Shown here piece by piece: positions 40,130 through 49,547 of a stretch of 64,000 bases of DNA (position 1 is the first letter of the stretch; every line of letters starts with the position of its first letter). Under the pieces are notes generated by a model that was not told the origin of the DNA, did not search any database, and saw nothing but the letters and a program-made list of their open reading frames with translations. Both the position numbers and the translations under genes were made by a program. This DNA comes from an uncultured Chloroflexia bacterium (GTDB lineage: Bacteria > Chloroflexota > Anaerolineae > Anaerolineales > UBA4823). Where the stretch lies: positions 568,216 to 632,215 of the forward strand of contig CAWELB010000008.1 in the NCBI GenBank assembly GCA_963809805.1, given 5' to 3'.

Positions 40130-41071
40130 GTGCAATCATTCTTCAACAATCTGTTTCGTAAAAAGAATACCCTGAATCCTACACCAACAGAAGGTGAAAT
40201 CGAGGCAGATCTTTCCCAAACCATCGATCACGAAACAGAAGAAAACAAGCAGTCGGAAGAAACGCGAATAGCTTTACCAATAAGCTCTCACTTGGAAACA
40301 GCTCAAATCATCGTTGGAGTTGCGCAATCAGTAGGTATCCAACGTGATAAAAATGAAGACTCGCTATTCACTCTTACCACAAACCTGTTGTCAAATGAGA
40401 ACACCGTCAATTTCGGACTTTATATCGTTGCTGATGGTATGGGTGGTCATGAAAATGGAGAGCTAGCCAGCAGCATGGCAGTTGAAAAGCTAGCTACGTA
40501 TGTGATCAATTCATTCTACCTGCAATCGATTTCGAAGAAACGAGATTTGATAAATACATCAATCCAGGAGGTAATGCAAACGGGTGTCATGGATGCTCAC
40601 CAGGCTATCAGGGAAAAAGCGCTGGGCAGTGGCACTACACTGACAGCTGCGCTCATCCTGGGAGAACAGATGACCATTGCCCATGTCGGAGATAGCCGCG
40701 CTTATTCAATCAATCCTCAAGGTGTCATGCAGCTTCTTACTCACGACCATTCCTTGGTGAAACGTCTGGAAGAAATAGGTCAGCTTTCACCTGCTGAAGC
40801 CTCGATACATCCAAAACGAAACCTGTTGTATCGGGCTCTAGGTCAAGGTGAGCTATTTGAGCCGGATATCACCAGTCTGCAGGTTTGCCAGGGATGCAAA
40901 TTATTGATCTGCTCAGATGGACTTTGGGGTGTGGTGCCAGAGGATAATATTACAAGCATTATCAGCTCATCATCCACGCCTCAGGATGCTTGCCAATCCT
41001 TGATTCAGGCTGCCAATAATGCTGGTGGACCGGATAATATCTCTGCGATCCTGGTGTGTTTCCCAGAATAA
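40130..41071 (+). CDS. PP2C/PPM-family protein phosphatase
   Basis: RDKNED, VADGMGGH, GTTL, HVGDSRAY, CSDGL, GGPDNIS. Confidence 0.95.
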   Translation: MQSFFNNLFRKKNTLNPTPTEGEIEADLSQTIDHETEENKQSEETRIALPISSHLETAQIIVGVAQSVGIQRDKNEDSLFTLTTNLLSNENTVNFGLYIVADGMGGHENGELASSMAVEKLATYVINSFYLQSISKKRDLINTSIQEVMQTGVMDAHQAIREKALGSGTTLTAALILGEQMTIAHVGDSRAYSINPQGVMQLLTHDHSLVKRLEEIGQLSPAEASIHPKRNLLYRALGQGELFEPDITSLQVCQGCKLLICSDGLWGVVPEDNITSIISSSSTPQDACQSLIQAANNAGGPDNISAILVCFPE

Positions 41072-41077
41072 TTTTCA

Positions 41078-42556
41078 ATGGACAAACTCACTCTTTATGA
41101 TTATTTAGGTCTTCCACGGGATGCATCCCAGGATGAAATCCGGCGTGCATATCGCCAGCTAGTTCTCCATCTTCACCCTGATAAAAACGTGAATCGCGGG
41201 GATACCGAATTATTTTTTGATATTCAGCAAGCATATGAACGTCTTTCTGATCCACACAAAAAAGCCGATTATGACCGACAATTACCACCTGAACCGAGTT
41301 TAGAGACCCCACTTTCAATTAATTTATCTTATAGCCAACCTCTGATTGCCAGGATATCGGAACCACAATTATTCTATACATTATTGGATTTAAACCTTCA
41401 TCCGGATACAAATATTTGGGTGGCTTCTACTCCGTTGAATATCTCATTGGTAGTCGATTGTTCAACCTCGATGCAGGGAGTTAGGTTGGATACGGTAAAG
41501 CTGACGGCAATTGAACTGATCAGGCAGCTGCAACCAAATGATATATTTTCTATGATCAAGTTTAACGATTTCGCTGAAGTCTTGATCAGTTCAGGCAGTC
41601 TCGATGATCTGAAATCTACTGAAATGAAGATCCAGCTTCTTCAAGCTGGTGGTGGAACTGAAATATATAAGGGATTGGAAGCTGGTTTTTCGCAGATCAA
41701 AAAGTATCAGTCCGGCCAGCGAATCAACCATATCATTTTAATCACAGATGGGCGGACCTATGGGGATGAGATAAATTGTGAGCTGCTTGCCGATCAAGCA
41801 TCTGCGCTTGGGGTAGGTATTAGCGCCCTTGGTATAGGCAGCGAGTGGAATGATAAATTCCTTGATCACATTACCTCAAAAACCGGAGGAATCTGCAAAT
41901 TCATTGCGAATAACAATGATATTCGGACCTCTATCCTGGAAGAGATCAGCCGTCTCGGATCGAGCTTGACCGAACAAATCAGTTTTAGCTTCCAGCTGCC
42001 TCAAAATATCGAGCTGGCTTCCGTGTATCGACTTCAACCTGATGCATCACCATTGGATCCCATTTCTCCGTTATCCATCGGATATATGCCCCGTCAAGGA
42101 ACCATGAGTGTGTTATTCGAGTACGTGATCAAGGATGTTCCTCTGGATGCAGCCCAGATAACGATGGCAAAAGGGTTTATTAAGTATGAGATTCCTCGCC
42201 ATACCATTAAGACGAAATATGTGGATCGACTAATATTTGAGAGACCAGTCACGCATGAGCCGGTAAAAACATCTCCACCAACTGCCATTCTTAATGCAAT
42301 CACTTTGCTCTCTCTTTACCATATGCAGGAGCGTGCCAGGGAGGAAATGGGGAAAGGGGATTTAAATTCTGCCACGCGCCATATGGAATATCTGGCAACT
42401 CACTTATTACAAAAGGGGGAGCGCGAACTGGCACAATCGGTGCTGAATGAAGTGACCCATATGCGAATTAATCAAACATTCAGCGAAGAAGGCGAAAAAA
42501 GGATAAAATATGGTACTCGCTCCCTCCTTTTACCAGCCAGGGTCGAGCACAAATAA
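41078..42556 (+). CDS. J-domain + vWA fusion protein
   Basis: LYDYLGL...IRRAYR...HPDK J-domain; DCSTS MIDAS, GGTE, LITDG. Confidence 0.88.
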   Translation: MDKLTLYDYLGLPRDASQDEIRRAYRQLVLHLHPDKNVNRGDTELFFDIQQAYERLSDPHKKADYDRQLPPEPSLETPLSINLSYSQPLIARISEPQLFYTLLDLNLHPDTNIWVASTPLNISLVVDCSTSMQGVRLDTVKLTAIELIRQLQPNDIFSMIKFNDFAEVLISSGSLDDLKSTEMKIQLLQAGGGTEIYKGLEAGFSQIKKYQSGQRINHIILITDGRTYGDEINCELLADQASALGVGISALGIGSEWNDKFLDHITSKTGGICKFIANNNDIRTSILEEISRLGSSLTEQISFSFQLPQNIELASVYRLQPDASPLDPISPLSIGYMPRQGTMSVLFEYVIKDVPLDAAQITMAKGFIKYEIPRHTIKTKYVDRLIFERPVTHEPVKTSPPTAILNAITLLSLYHMQERAREEMGKGDLNSATRHMEYLATHLLQKGERELAQSVLNEVTHMRINQTFSEEGEKRIKYGTRSLLLPARVEHK

Positions 42557-42558
42557 TT

Positions 42559-43068
42559 ATGATTAACTGTCCAAATTGTGGGAATAAGGAAATGACCGGA
42601 GCTCTTTTTTGCAAGGAGTGTGGGACTCAGTTTGCGAATCTCCGCGACCCAACAGTGATCATTCCCGCTACCCTGGGCGATCATTTACACCCCACAAACG
42701 CAGAGGACAATGAACATAATGTGCCTCCTACTCCAAATGATGCCAGGCTTTCATTGTATCTTGTCGAAACCGGTGATGTGATCCCACTCGAAGGACTTAC
42801 AGAGTTCACTATCGGGAGATCATCTGAGGATCAACCCATCCTACCGGATGTAGACCTGGCTCCTTATCATGCATATGATTACGGGGTATCACGGTTGCAT
42901 GCGTCCATTAAGATAGATCAACCTTTTGCCCTGCTGACCGATTTTGGTTCAGCCAATGGTACACAGCTAAATGGACAAAAATTGTCACCCGACAAACCTT
43001 ACCCGATCACTCATGGTGATATTTTCACTTTAGGTAAAATGAAAATCCAACTACTTGTGAATCGATGA
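42559..43068 (+). CDS. Zinc-ribbon + FHA domain protein
   Basis: CPNCG...FCKECG; IGR, GVSRLHA, GSANGT. Confidence 0.92.
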   Translation: MINCPNCGNKEMTGALFCKECGTQFANLRDPTVIIPATLGDHLHPTNAEDNEHNVPPTPNDARLSLYLVETGDVIPLEGLTEFTIGRSSEDQPILPDVDLAPYHAYDYGVSRLHASIKIDQPFALLTDFGSANGTQLNGQKLSPDKPYPITHGDIFTLGKMKIQLLVNR

Positions 43069-43083
43069 GAAAGCTGAGTTAAA

Positions 43084-43326
43084 ATGCCCTATACCATTAT
43101 TCTTCACCCAACCGGAGAAGAACCAATTATTGGTGAGGTGGAAGAACTGCCATTACCAACCGATATGACGATTACCATAAATAGCCCACGTCGAATCGAT
43201 GGAAAAGAGCTTCACTATCTTTCGGAAAGTGTGCTCACTGTGATCTGGCCAATCCATCGCCTAAATTTCATTGAGGTCTTGCCCACCAAGGCTGAGGAAG
43301 AGATTATCGGGTTCGTTCGAGAGTAA
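43084..43326 (+). CDS. Small hypothetical protein (80 aa)
   Basis: Tightly packed in the operon; no recognised motif. Confidence 0.7.
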   Translation: MPYTIILHPTGEEPIIGEVEELPLPTDMTITINSPRRIDGKELHYLSESVLTVIWPIHRLNFIEVLPTKAEEEIIGFVRE

Positions 43327-43331
43327 ACAAT

Positions 43332-44108
43332 ATGTTGGCAGATACTCACTTTAAAAATTATCGCATACTGGTGGTCGATGATGAACAAAGAATGGCGAAA
43401 TTCATTCGCTTGAACCTGGAGCATGATGGATTTCGTGTGGTTGAAGCATTTACAGGTACCCAGGCAATGGATCGCTTACGCACTTCCCTGCCCGATCTGG
43501 TTCTCTTAGATGTGATGTTGCCAGATTTGGATGGTTTTGAAGTGTTGAAAATGATGCGTGCCATCAGCCCTGTTCCGGTGATCATGGTAACGGCGAAGGG
43601 TGAAGAAGAAGAACGTATCCATGGGCTGGAATTGGGTGCAGATGATTACGTTACCAAACCATTCAGTCCACGCGAGCTGGTTAGCCGTGTACGGGCAGTA
43701 TTACGCCGTACCGAGCTGACCTCCGACAGCACGCATGGATTGATCGAGGTCAATGGGCGTCTTAAAATCGATTTTGATCGTCATGAAGTATGGGTGGATC
43801 AAAAGCTGGTAAATTTGCGCCCTACTGAATATCGACTCTTATATTATTTGGTTCAGAATGCCGGGTGGGTGGTTTCCCACGATCAAATTCTTACCAATGT
43901 ATGGGGCTACGAATATAGAGATCAACCCCATTATGTGAGGTTGTATATTAATTATTTACGCCAAAAGATCGAGAAAGATCCCGCCAATCCGGTATACATC
44001 CTTACCGAACGTGGCCTGGGCTATCGCTTTGTAGACTTTCGTCGTGATCATATCGACACGACAGAAAACAATCCCGGGCAATTAATGAATGATATCCCTC
44101 AGCAGTAG
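43332..44108 (+). CDS. OmpR-family response regulator
   Basis: LVVDDE, LLDVMLP, GADDYVTKPF, ILTERGLGY. Confidence 0.95.
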   Translation: MLADTHFKNYRILVVDDEQRMAKFIRLNLEHDGFRVVEAFTGTQAMDRLRTSLPDLVLLDVMLPDLDGFEVLKMMRAISPVPVIMVTAKGEEEERIHGLELGADDYVTKPFSPRELVSRVRAVLRRTELTSDSTHGLIEVNGRLKIDFDRHEVWVDQKLVNLRPTEYRLLYYLVQNAGWVVSHDQILTNVWGYEYRDQPHYVRLYINYLRQKIEKDPANPVYILTERGLGYRFVDFRRDHIDTTENNPGQLMNDIPQQ

Positions 44109-44126
44109 ATAGATAAAGGTTAAGGT

Positions 44127-44783
44127 ATGACAAATAAGCAAAGGATTTTATTGGTGGATGATCACGAAGTCGTCCGACTTGGTTTAAAAGCCCTTTTGGA
44201 ACGGCATCCAAATTTTGAAGTCGTTTCCGAAGCGAGTACGGCACGTGAAGCCGTTGAACGCGTGGCAGCATTTTCACCGGATGTTGTCGTGATGGATATT
44301 CGTTTGCCGGGTGGATCAGGTATTGAAGCTTGTCAGGAGATAGTCGACAAATACCCTGACACCAAGGTGATTATGCTCACCTCGTATGCGGAAGATGAAA
44401 TGCTCTTCTCCGCAATTCGTGCCGGTGCTGCCGGGTATGTTTTGAAACAAATCGGTGGTGAAGATCTCGTACGAGCCATCGAAGCTGTTGCCAGGGGTGA
44501 AGCATTGCTCGATCCTGCAGTTACCCAACGAATATTCCAGGAGGTCCGTAAGGCTGCTCGTGAAGAAGAGGCGTCCGCATTTTCTGCTCTCACCCAACAG
44601 GAACGCCATGTGCTGATGTTGGTATCAGAGGGGAGAACCAACCGTGAGATTGCTAAAGCCCTATTTTTGGGTGAGGGGACTGTGCGCAATTACGTCAGCA
44701 GTATACTCTCAAAGCTAGGGGTCAGCAATCGAGCTGAAGCAGCTGCCTACGCGGTTGAGCATAATTTGAAAGATTATTTATAA
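44127..44783 (+). CDS. NarL/LuxR-family response regulator
   Basis: [25 protein letters not shown]...TVRNYVS. Confidence 0.95.
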   Translation: MTNKQRILLVDDHEVVRLGLKALLERHPNFEVVSEASTAREAVERVAAFSPDVVVMDIRLPGGSGIEACQEIVDKYPDTKVIMLTSYAEDEMLFSAIRAGAAGYVLKQIGGEDLVRAIEAVARGEALLDPAVTQRIFQEVRKAAREEEASAFSALTQQERHVLMLVSEGRTNREIAKALFLGEGTVRNYVSSILSKLGVSNRAEAAAYAVEHNLKDYL

Positions 44784-44949
44784 ATTTACCTCAATAAAGT
44801 AAAAAAAGTTTCGATCACGCTGAGTGTTCTCTCATATATCTCTATCTTTATGGCGAGAATGATATGATATATTATTAATATTAATGAGACAATGTGGGAT
44901 AATCAGAAATTGTCTTGAATATTCAACACATACTCGGAGGAAAATTACA

Positions 44950-45285
44950 ATGAACAACCAACCCGGTAATCCAGATGTAACCAGTGATGATAAGCTTTGG
45001 GCATTGCTTGCATATGTACTGTCACCGATCGTACCCATTATTATCCTGTTGATGGAAGATAAAAAGAACCGGCCTTTCCTTAAGGCGCATACTATCCAGG
45101 CCCTTGTCGGTGGGATAGTTATAGTGATTGTTTCTGCAGTAATAGGATGGATTCCTTTTATTGGCTGGATTCCATCATTCGTTCTGTGGCTGGCCATGAT
45201 TTACTTCGGTTATCAAGCTTATCTAGGAAAATATGTCACCATGCCAGTGATAACAGATTTTTGCAAGCGGCAGGGTTGGGCATAA
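44950..45285 (+). CDS. DUF4870/Tic20-like small membrane protein
   Basis: GGAGG SD; DKLWALLAY, FLKAHTIQA, YQAYLGK...MPVI. Confidence 0.75.
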   Translation: MNNQPGNPDVTSDDKLWALLAYVLSPIVPIIILLMEDKKNRPFLKAHTIQALVGGIVIVIVSAVIGWIPFIGWIPSFVLWLAMIYFGYQAYLGKYVTMPVITDFCKRQGWA

Positions 45286-45350
45286 TCAACAATTAAGCTG
45301 ATCAAGCCGTTTATTCGACAACCGGTTTATTAATCTACTGGAGAAAAAGC

Positions 45351-45815
45351 ATGGACCAAAATAATTCTCAAAATATCTCACCCTCTCCGATACCCAGTAG
45401 TACCAATCAACCCCTCTCTGTTTCCGATGAACATACCTGGGCAATGCTGGCACATTTAAGTGTTCTCCTGAATCTAATTACCGGATTCCTTGGAATTGTT
45501 GCCGCCTTACTAATTTACCTGGTGTATAAAAACCGTTCCAAATATGTCGCCTATCAATCCATGCAAGCTTTTATATTCCAGCTCATCTGGTGGCTTGGGG
45601 GAGGTATCCTCACAGGGATTGCCTGGGCGATCACTGGACCACTAATTCTGGTCCTGGTAGGGCTGGTATTGATCCCCTTGGCATGTGCGATTTCATTATT
45701 ACCTATCGCTTCACTCGTATATGGCGTGGTTGGAGCAGTCCAATGTAATAATGGTCAGGATTTCAAGTACTGGTTAATTGGTGACTGGGTGCGCGGAGAG
45801 TTGACCCGCTCTTGA
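45351..45815 (+). CDS. DUF4870-like membrane protein
   Basis: WAMLAHLS, SKYVAYQSMQA, GQDFKYWLIG. Confidence 0.8.
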   Translation: MDQNNSQNISPSPIPSSTNQPLSVSDEHTWAMLAHLSVLLNLITGFLGIVAALLIYLVYKNRSKYVAYQSMQAFIFQLIWWLGGGILTGIAWAITGPLILVLVGLVLIPLACAISLLPIASLVYGVVGAVQCNNGQDFKYWLIGDWVRGELTRS

Positions 45816-45840
45816 CATTAATTTGTCTCGAATATAGAAT
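45812..45840 (+). promoter_or_regulatory. Sigma70 promoter of the gcv operon
   Basis: TTGACA (45812), 17 bp, TAGAAT (45835). Confidence 0.75.
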
Positions 45841-45857
45841 AAACGCGCAAAATATCT

Positions 45858-46063
45858 GGAACAAAGAAGAGACCTGGGCCTAGCCAGGCACCGAAGGGGC
45901 AAACCCAGAACTTTATGTACTGGGTGAAACTCTCAGGTAAAAGGACTTTGTTTCTTATAAACTCTGAAAAGTCAGCGAATGTTTTTTCGCTGCCACCGTT
46001 GGGGCAAACGCATTGGATTTATACTTAAATCCAATCGCCAATCTCTCAGGTAAATGACAGAGG
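45858..46063 (+). ncRNA. Tandem glycine riboswitch
   Basis: Aptamer 1: GGAACAAAG..GAGA..CACCGAAGGGGCAA..CTCTCAGGTAAAAGGACTTTGTTTC. Aptamer 2: CTCTG..CACCGTTGGGGCAA..CTCTCAGGTAAATGACAGAG. Located upstream of gcvH. Confidence 0.93.
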
Positions 46064-46095
46064 CACACGATGTGGACGTGTGCCTTTGCGATTTT
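46061..46095 (+). terminator. Riboswitch expression-platform terminator
   Basis: AGGCACACG-N7-CGTGTGCCT then TTGCGATTTT; overlaps the 3' strand of aptamer-2 P1. Confidence 0.7.
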
Positions 46096-46170
46096 AAAGC
46101 CGCATGTTCGCCTTGTAATAATTTGAGTTCGTATTAAAATCTATCTACATCCTTTCTATGGAGGCTTTAC

Positions 46171-46560
46171 ATGAATATTCCCGGAAATCTTAAATACACT
46201 GAAAGTAATGAATGGTTGAATCTGGAAGGAAAAACTGGCACAATCGGTGTCTCTGATTATGCTCAAGACCAGCTTTCAGATATCGTGTTCGCAGAAGTCA
46301 TCGTCAATGAGGGTGATCAGATCAAGAAGGGCGATACGATTGCGACTGTAGAATCAGTCAAAGCAGCAGCTGATGTATATTCACCCGTAAGTGGAAAGGT
46401 TATCCATATCAATGATGCCCTGGGTGCTTCTCCAGAAGTGATCAATACTGATCCATATGGAGCTGCCTGGATCGTCAAAATCGAGCTGGATAATCCTATT
46501 GAAGTTAATGACCTATTGGATGCATCTGCTTACGAAAAAGTAATTCAATCACAAAAATAG
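46171..46560 (+). CDS. gcvH: Glycine cleavage H protein
   Basis: VESVKAA lipoyl-Lys motif, DYAQDQL, INTDPYG. Confidence 0.96.
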   Translation: MNIPGNLKYTESNEWLNLEGKTGTIGVSDYAQDQLSDIVFAEVIVNEGDQIKKGDTIATVESVKAAADVYSPVSGKVIHINDALGASPEVINTDPYGAAWIVKIELDNPIEVNDLLDASAYEKVIQSQK

Positions 46561-46568
46561 GAGTAGTT

Positions 46569-47918
46569 ATGTTCATTCCCCATACTGATGCAGACAGGGC
46601 TGCCATGTTGCGCACTGTCGGCATTAACCAGCTGGAAGATCTTTTTAAAGATGTACCGGCCAAGTATCGCTTTCCAGAGTTAAACCTGCCTCCTGCTCTT
46701 ACAGAAATGGAAGTCGCAGCCGAGCTGCAAGAAATTGCTCAGGCAAATGAGAGTACCCAAGAACTGTCTTGTTTCCTCGGTGCTGGAGTCTATAACCACT
46801 ATGTCCCTGCTGCGGTAGATGCAATTATTCGACGTGGGGAATTCCTGACCGCTTATACTCCGTATCAGCCCGAGTTATCTCAGGGAACGCTTCAGGCGAT
46901 ATTTGAGTATCAAAGTAATGTGGCGGCATTGACGGGCATGGAAGTATGCAACGCATCCCATTACGATGGTGCCACAGCTGTCGCGGAAGCGGTGAACATG
47001 GCATACGCTAATTTTCGCGGAAAGCGCACCAAAATCATACTGTCACCCGCACTAAACCCTCAATATCGCCAAACAGTGCGCACATATACTGAGGGTAATC
47101 CTATGCAGTTCATTGGGGATGAGCCTCAAAGCGACTTGTCAGCTGATCCAGCTAATTTAATCCCATTAATCGATACGGATACTGCTCTGGTGGTCGTACA
47201 ATACCCGGATTTTTTCGGCCGTATTTATGACTACACGAAATTAGCTGAAGCAGCTCACGCAATGGGTGCCTTGTTGGCGATCTCTGCCAATCCGGTTGCC
47301 TTGGGTTTGCTCAAAGCCCCCGGCTTTATGAATGCAGATATTGTCACGGGTGAAGGTCAACCCCTGGGTATCCCACTTTCTTATGGGGGACCATACCTTG
47401 GGTTATTCGCTACCCGTAAGGAATATGTCCGTAAGATGGCAGGTCGGTTAGCCGGTGAGACCGTCGACAATCGGGGTCAGAGAGCATATGTCCTCACCCT
47501 GACCGCCCGCGAGCAGCATATCCGGCGCGAAAAAGCCACCTCCAATATCTGCACCAATCAAGGTTTAATGGCCCTGGCTTCAACGGTCTATATGAGCCTG
47601 TTAGGTAAAAATGGCCTCCGCCAGGTGGCAGAGCTTTGCTATCATAAGGCGCATTATGCAGCCAGCAGCATCGCTAAATTACCCGGCTACGAATTGTGGT
47701 CTGGATCACCATTCTTCAATGAGTTCGTAATCGAAACTCCCGTTCCTGTCTTAGAAATAAATGACCATTTGCTTGATCATGACATCTTGGGTGGGTATGA
47801 TCTCAGCCAGGATTACCCCACTCTCCAGCGGCACATGCTCATCGCAGTAACTGAATTGAATACGCGCGAAAGCATCGATGAGTTGGTTGGTGTGCTTTCG
47901 GAGGTGTCAAATGGGTGA
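46569..47918 (+). CDS. gcvPA: Glycine dehydrogenase subunit 1
   Basis: FLTAYTPYQPELSQG, YGGP, REQHIRREKATSNICTN. Confidence 0.96.
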   Translation: MFIPHTDADRAAMLRTVGINQLEDLFKDVPAKYRFPELNLPPALTEMEVAAELQEIAQANESTQELSCFLGAGVYNHYVPAAVDAIIRRGEFLTAYTPYQPELSQGTLQAIFEYQSNVAALTGMEVCNASHYDGATAVAEAVNMAYANFRGKRTKIILSPALNPQYRQTVRTYTEGNPMQFIGDEPQSDLSADPANLIPLIDTDTALVVVQYPDFFGRIYDYTKLAEAAHAMGALLAISANPVALGLLKAPGFMNADIVTGEGQPLGIPLSYGGPYLGLFATRKEYVRKMAGRLAGETVDNRGQRAYVLTLTAREQHIRREKATSNICTNQGLMALASTVYMSLLGKNGLRQVAELCYHKAHYAASSIAKLPGYELWSGSPFFNEFVIETPVPVLEINDHLLDHDILGGYDLSQDYPTLQRHMLIAVTELNTRESIDELVGVLSEVSNG

Positions 47919-49377
47919 AGCTCAATTATGTGAAATTTCTGTGAGTGGCCGCCAGGGAATTAATTTCCCCAAGCCCGATGTACCCCTTACCCCCCTGCCG
48001 GATGGATTTATCCGTGAAGATCTGCCCATGCCTGAGCTATCCGAGTTGGATGTCATCCGTCACTACACGCGACTTTCTCAGCTCAATTACAGCATCGATA
48101 CCGGATATTACCCTCTGGGTTCCTGTACGATGAAGTACAACCCAAAGATCAATGAGGATATTGCCCGTTATCCAGGTTTTGCTTTCACGCATCCCCTCCA
48201 GCCAATTGAAACTGTACAGGGAAACCTGGCGCTGATGTATAACTTACAAGAATGGCTGATGGAAATCGGAGGTTTTGCCGGGATCACGCTTCAGCCAGCG
48301 GCAGGTGCCCACGGCGAGCTGACCGGTGTGCTCATCATTCGCGCCTACCACCGTTCTCGTAATGATACGAAACGCGATAAAATCCTGATTCCCGACTCAG
48401 CGCATGGTACGAATCCCGCCACTTCAGCCATGAGTGGATTACGGGTTGTAGAGTTAAAATCCGATGCGCGTGGAAACGTGGACCTGGAAGCATTGCGCCT
48501 GGAATGCGACGATACTTTGGCGGGTTTGATGCTGACCAACCCCAATACCCTCGGTCTCTTCGATGAGCATGTAGAGGAAGTCGTTCGCCTGGTGCATACA
48601 GCGGGTGGCCTGGTCTATGGAGACGGAGCGAATTTAAATGCCTTGCTGGGTATTATTCGCCCCGGTGATGTGGGGTTCGATGTAATGCACTTTAACCTGC
48701 ATAAAACATTCTCTACCCCACACGGCGGAGGTGGACCGGGATCCGGTCCGGTTGGTGTGGCTGCACATTTGGTTGATTTTCTGCCAGCACCGGTCGTTGG
48801 AATACTCGAAGAGGGCGATCAAGAAATGCCCCCTCTCTATGGCCTCATCACACCAACCAAATCTATCGGGAGGATGAAGTCTTTTCACGGTCATTTCGGC
48901 ATGCTTGTGCGTGCATACACCTATATTAGCATGTATGGTGGTGAAGGCTTGCGAGAGATTTCTAAGTATGCGGTTCTAAATGCCAATTATCTCTCGGCGC
49001 TTATCAAGGATACATATCATCTACCCTATGATCGCCTGTGCATGCACGAATTTGTTGTAGAAGGTCAATGGTCTGATGCGCCAGAAATACACGCATTGGA
49101 TATTGCCAAACGCTTGATGGACTATAAATTCCACCCCCCCACTAATTATTTCCCGCTCATCGTCCATGAGGCTCTGATGATTGAACCAACGGAAACTGAG
49201 AGCAAGGAAACCCTGGATGCATTCGCAGAAGCATTGATAAAAATCGCAGGTGAAGCGCATCATGATCCCGCCTTGCTTACGGAAGCCCCACACGACACTC
49301 CTGTTGGCAGGTGTGATGAAGTAAAAGCTGCTAAAGAGCTGGTTCTTTGCTGTGGAGTTGGAACCTTAGAGGAGTAA
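47911..49377 (+). CDS. gcvPB: Glycine dehydrogenase subunit 2
   Basis: YPLGSCTMKYNP, SAHGTNPA, NLHKTFSTPHGGGGPG; GGAGGTG SD before ATG 47911. Confidence 0.96.
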   Translation: MGEAQLCEISVSGRQGINFPKPDVPLTPLPDGFIREDLPMPELSELDVIRHYTRLSQLNYSIDTGYYPLGSCTMKYNPKINEDIARYPGFAFTHPLQPIETVQGNLALMYNLQEWLMEIGGFAGITLQPAAGAHGELTGVLIIRAYHRSRNDTKRDKILIPDSAHGTNPATSAMSGLRVVELKSDARGNVDLEALRLECDDTLAGLMLTNPNTLGLFDEHVEEVVRLVHTAGGLVYGDGANLNALLGIIRPGDVGFDVMHFNLHKTFSTPHGGGGPGSGPVGVAAHLVDFLPAPVVGILEEGDQEMPPLYGLITPTKSIGRMKSFHGHFGMLVRAYTYISMYGGEGLREISKYAVLNANYLSALIKDTYHLPYDRLCMHEFVVEGQWSDAPEIHALDIAKRLMDYKFHPPTNYFPLIVHEALMIEPTETESKETLDAFAEALIKIAGEAHHDPALLTEAPHDTPVGRCDEVKAAKELVLCCGVGTLEE

Positions 49378-49388
49378 CTCAGTAATTA

Positions 49389-49419
49389 GCAGCCCGGTTT
49401 TATCGATAAGCCGGGCTGC
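49389..49419 (+). terminator. Stem-loop after gcvPB
   Basis: GCAGCCCGG...CCGGGCTGC stem; weak U-tract. Confidence 0.6.
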
Positions 49420-49547
49420 ATCCTTCTCATGCGGTACCATCCTATGTCATATCTGCGATCACTTCCATACCTTGCAAACTCCTAATCTCTCTTACCTGGA
49501 CTTAATGTTACAATTGCCATCTGATACCTTTACTGGTTTCTGGTTTC

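Noticed and set aside
38208-43068. TerY-P anti-phage system call
   Set aside because: Domain order and extras (PQQ propeller, J-domain, FHA) differ and there is no defence-island context; kept only as an analogy.
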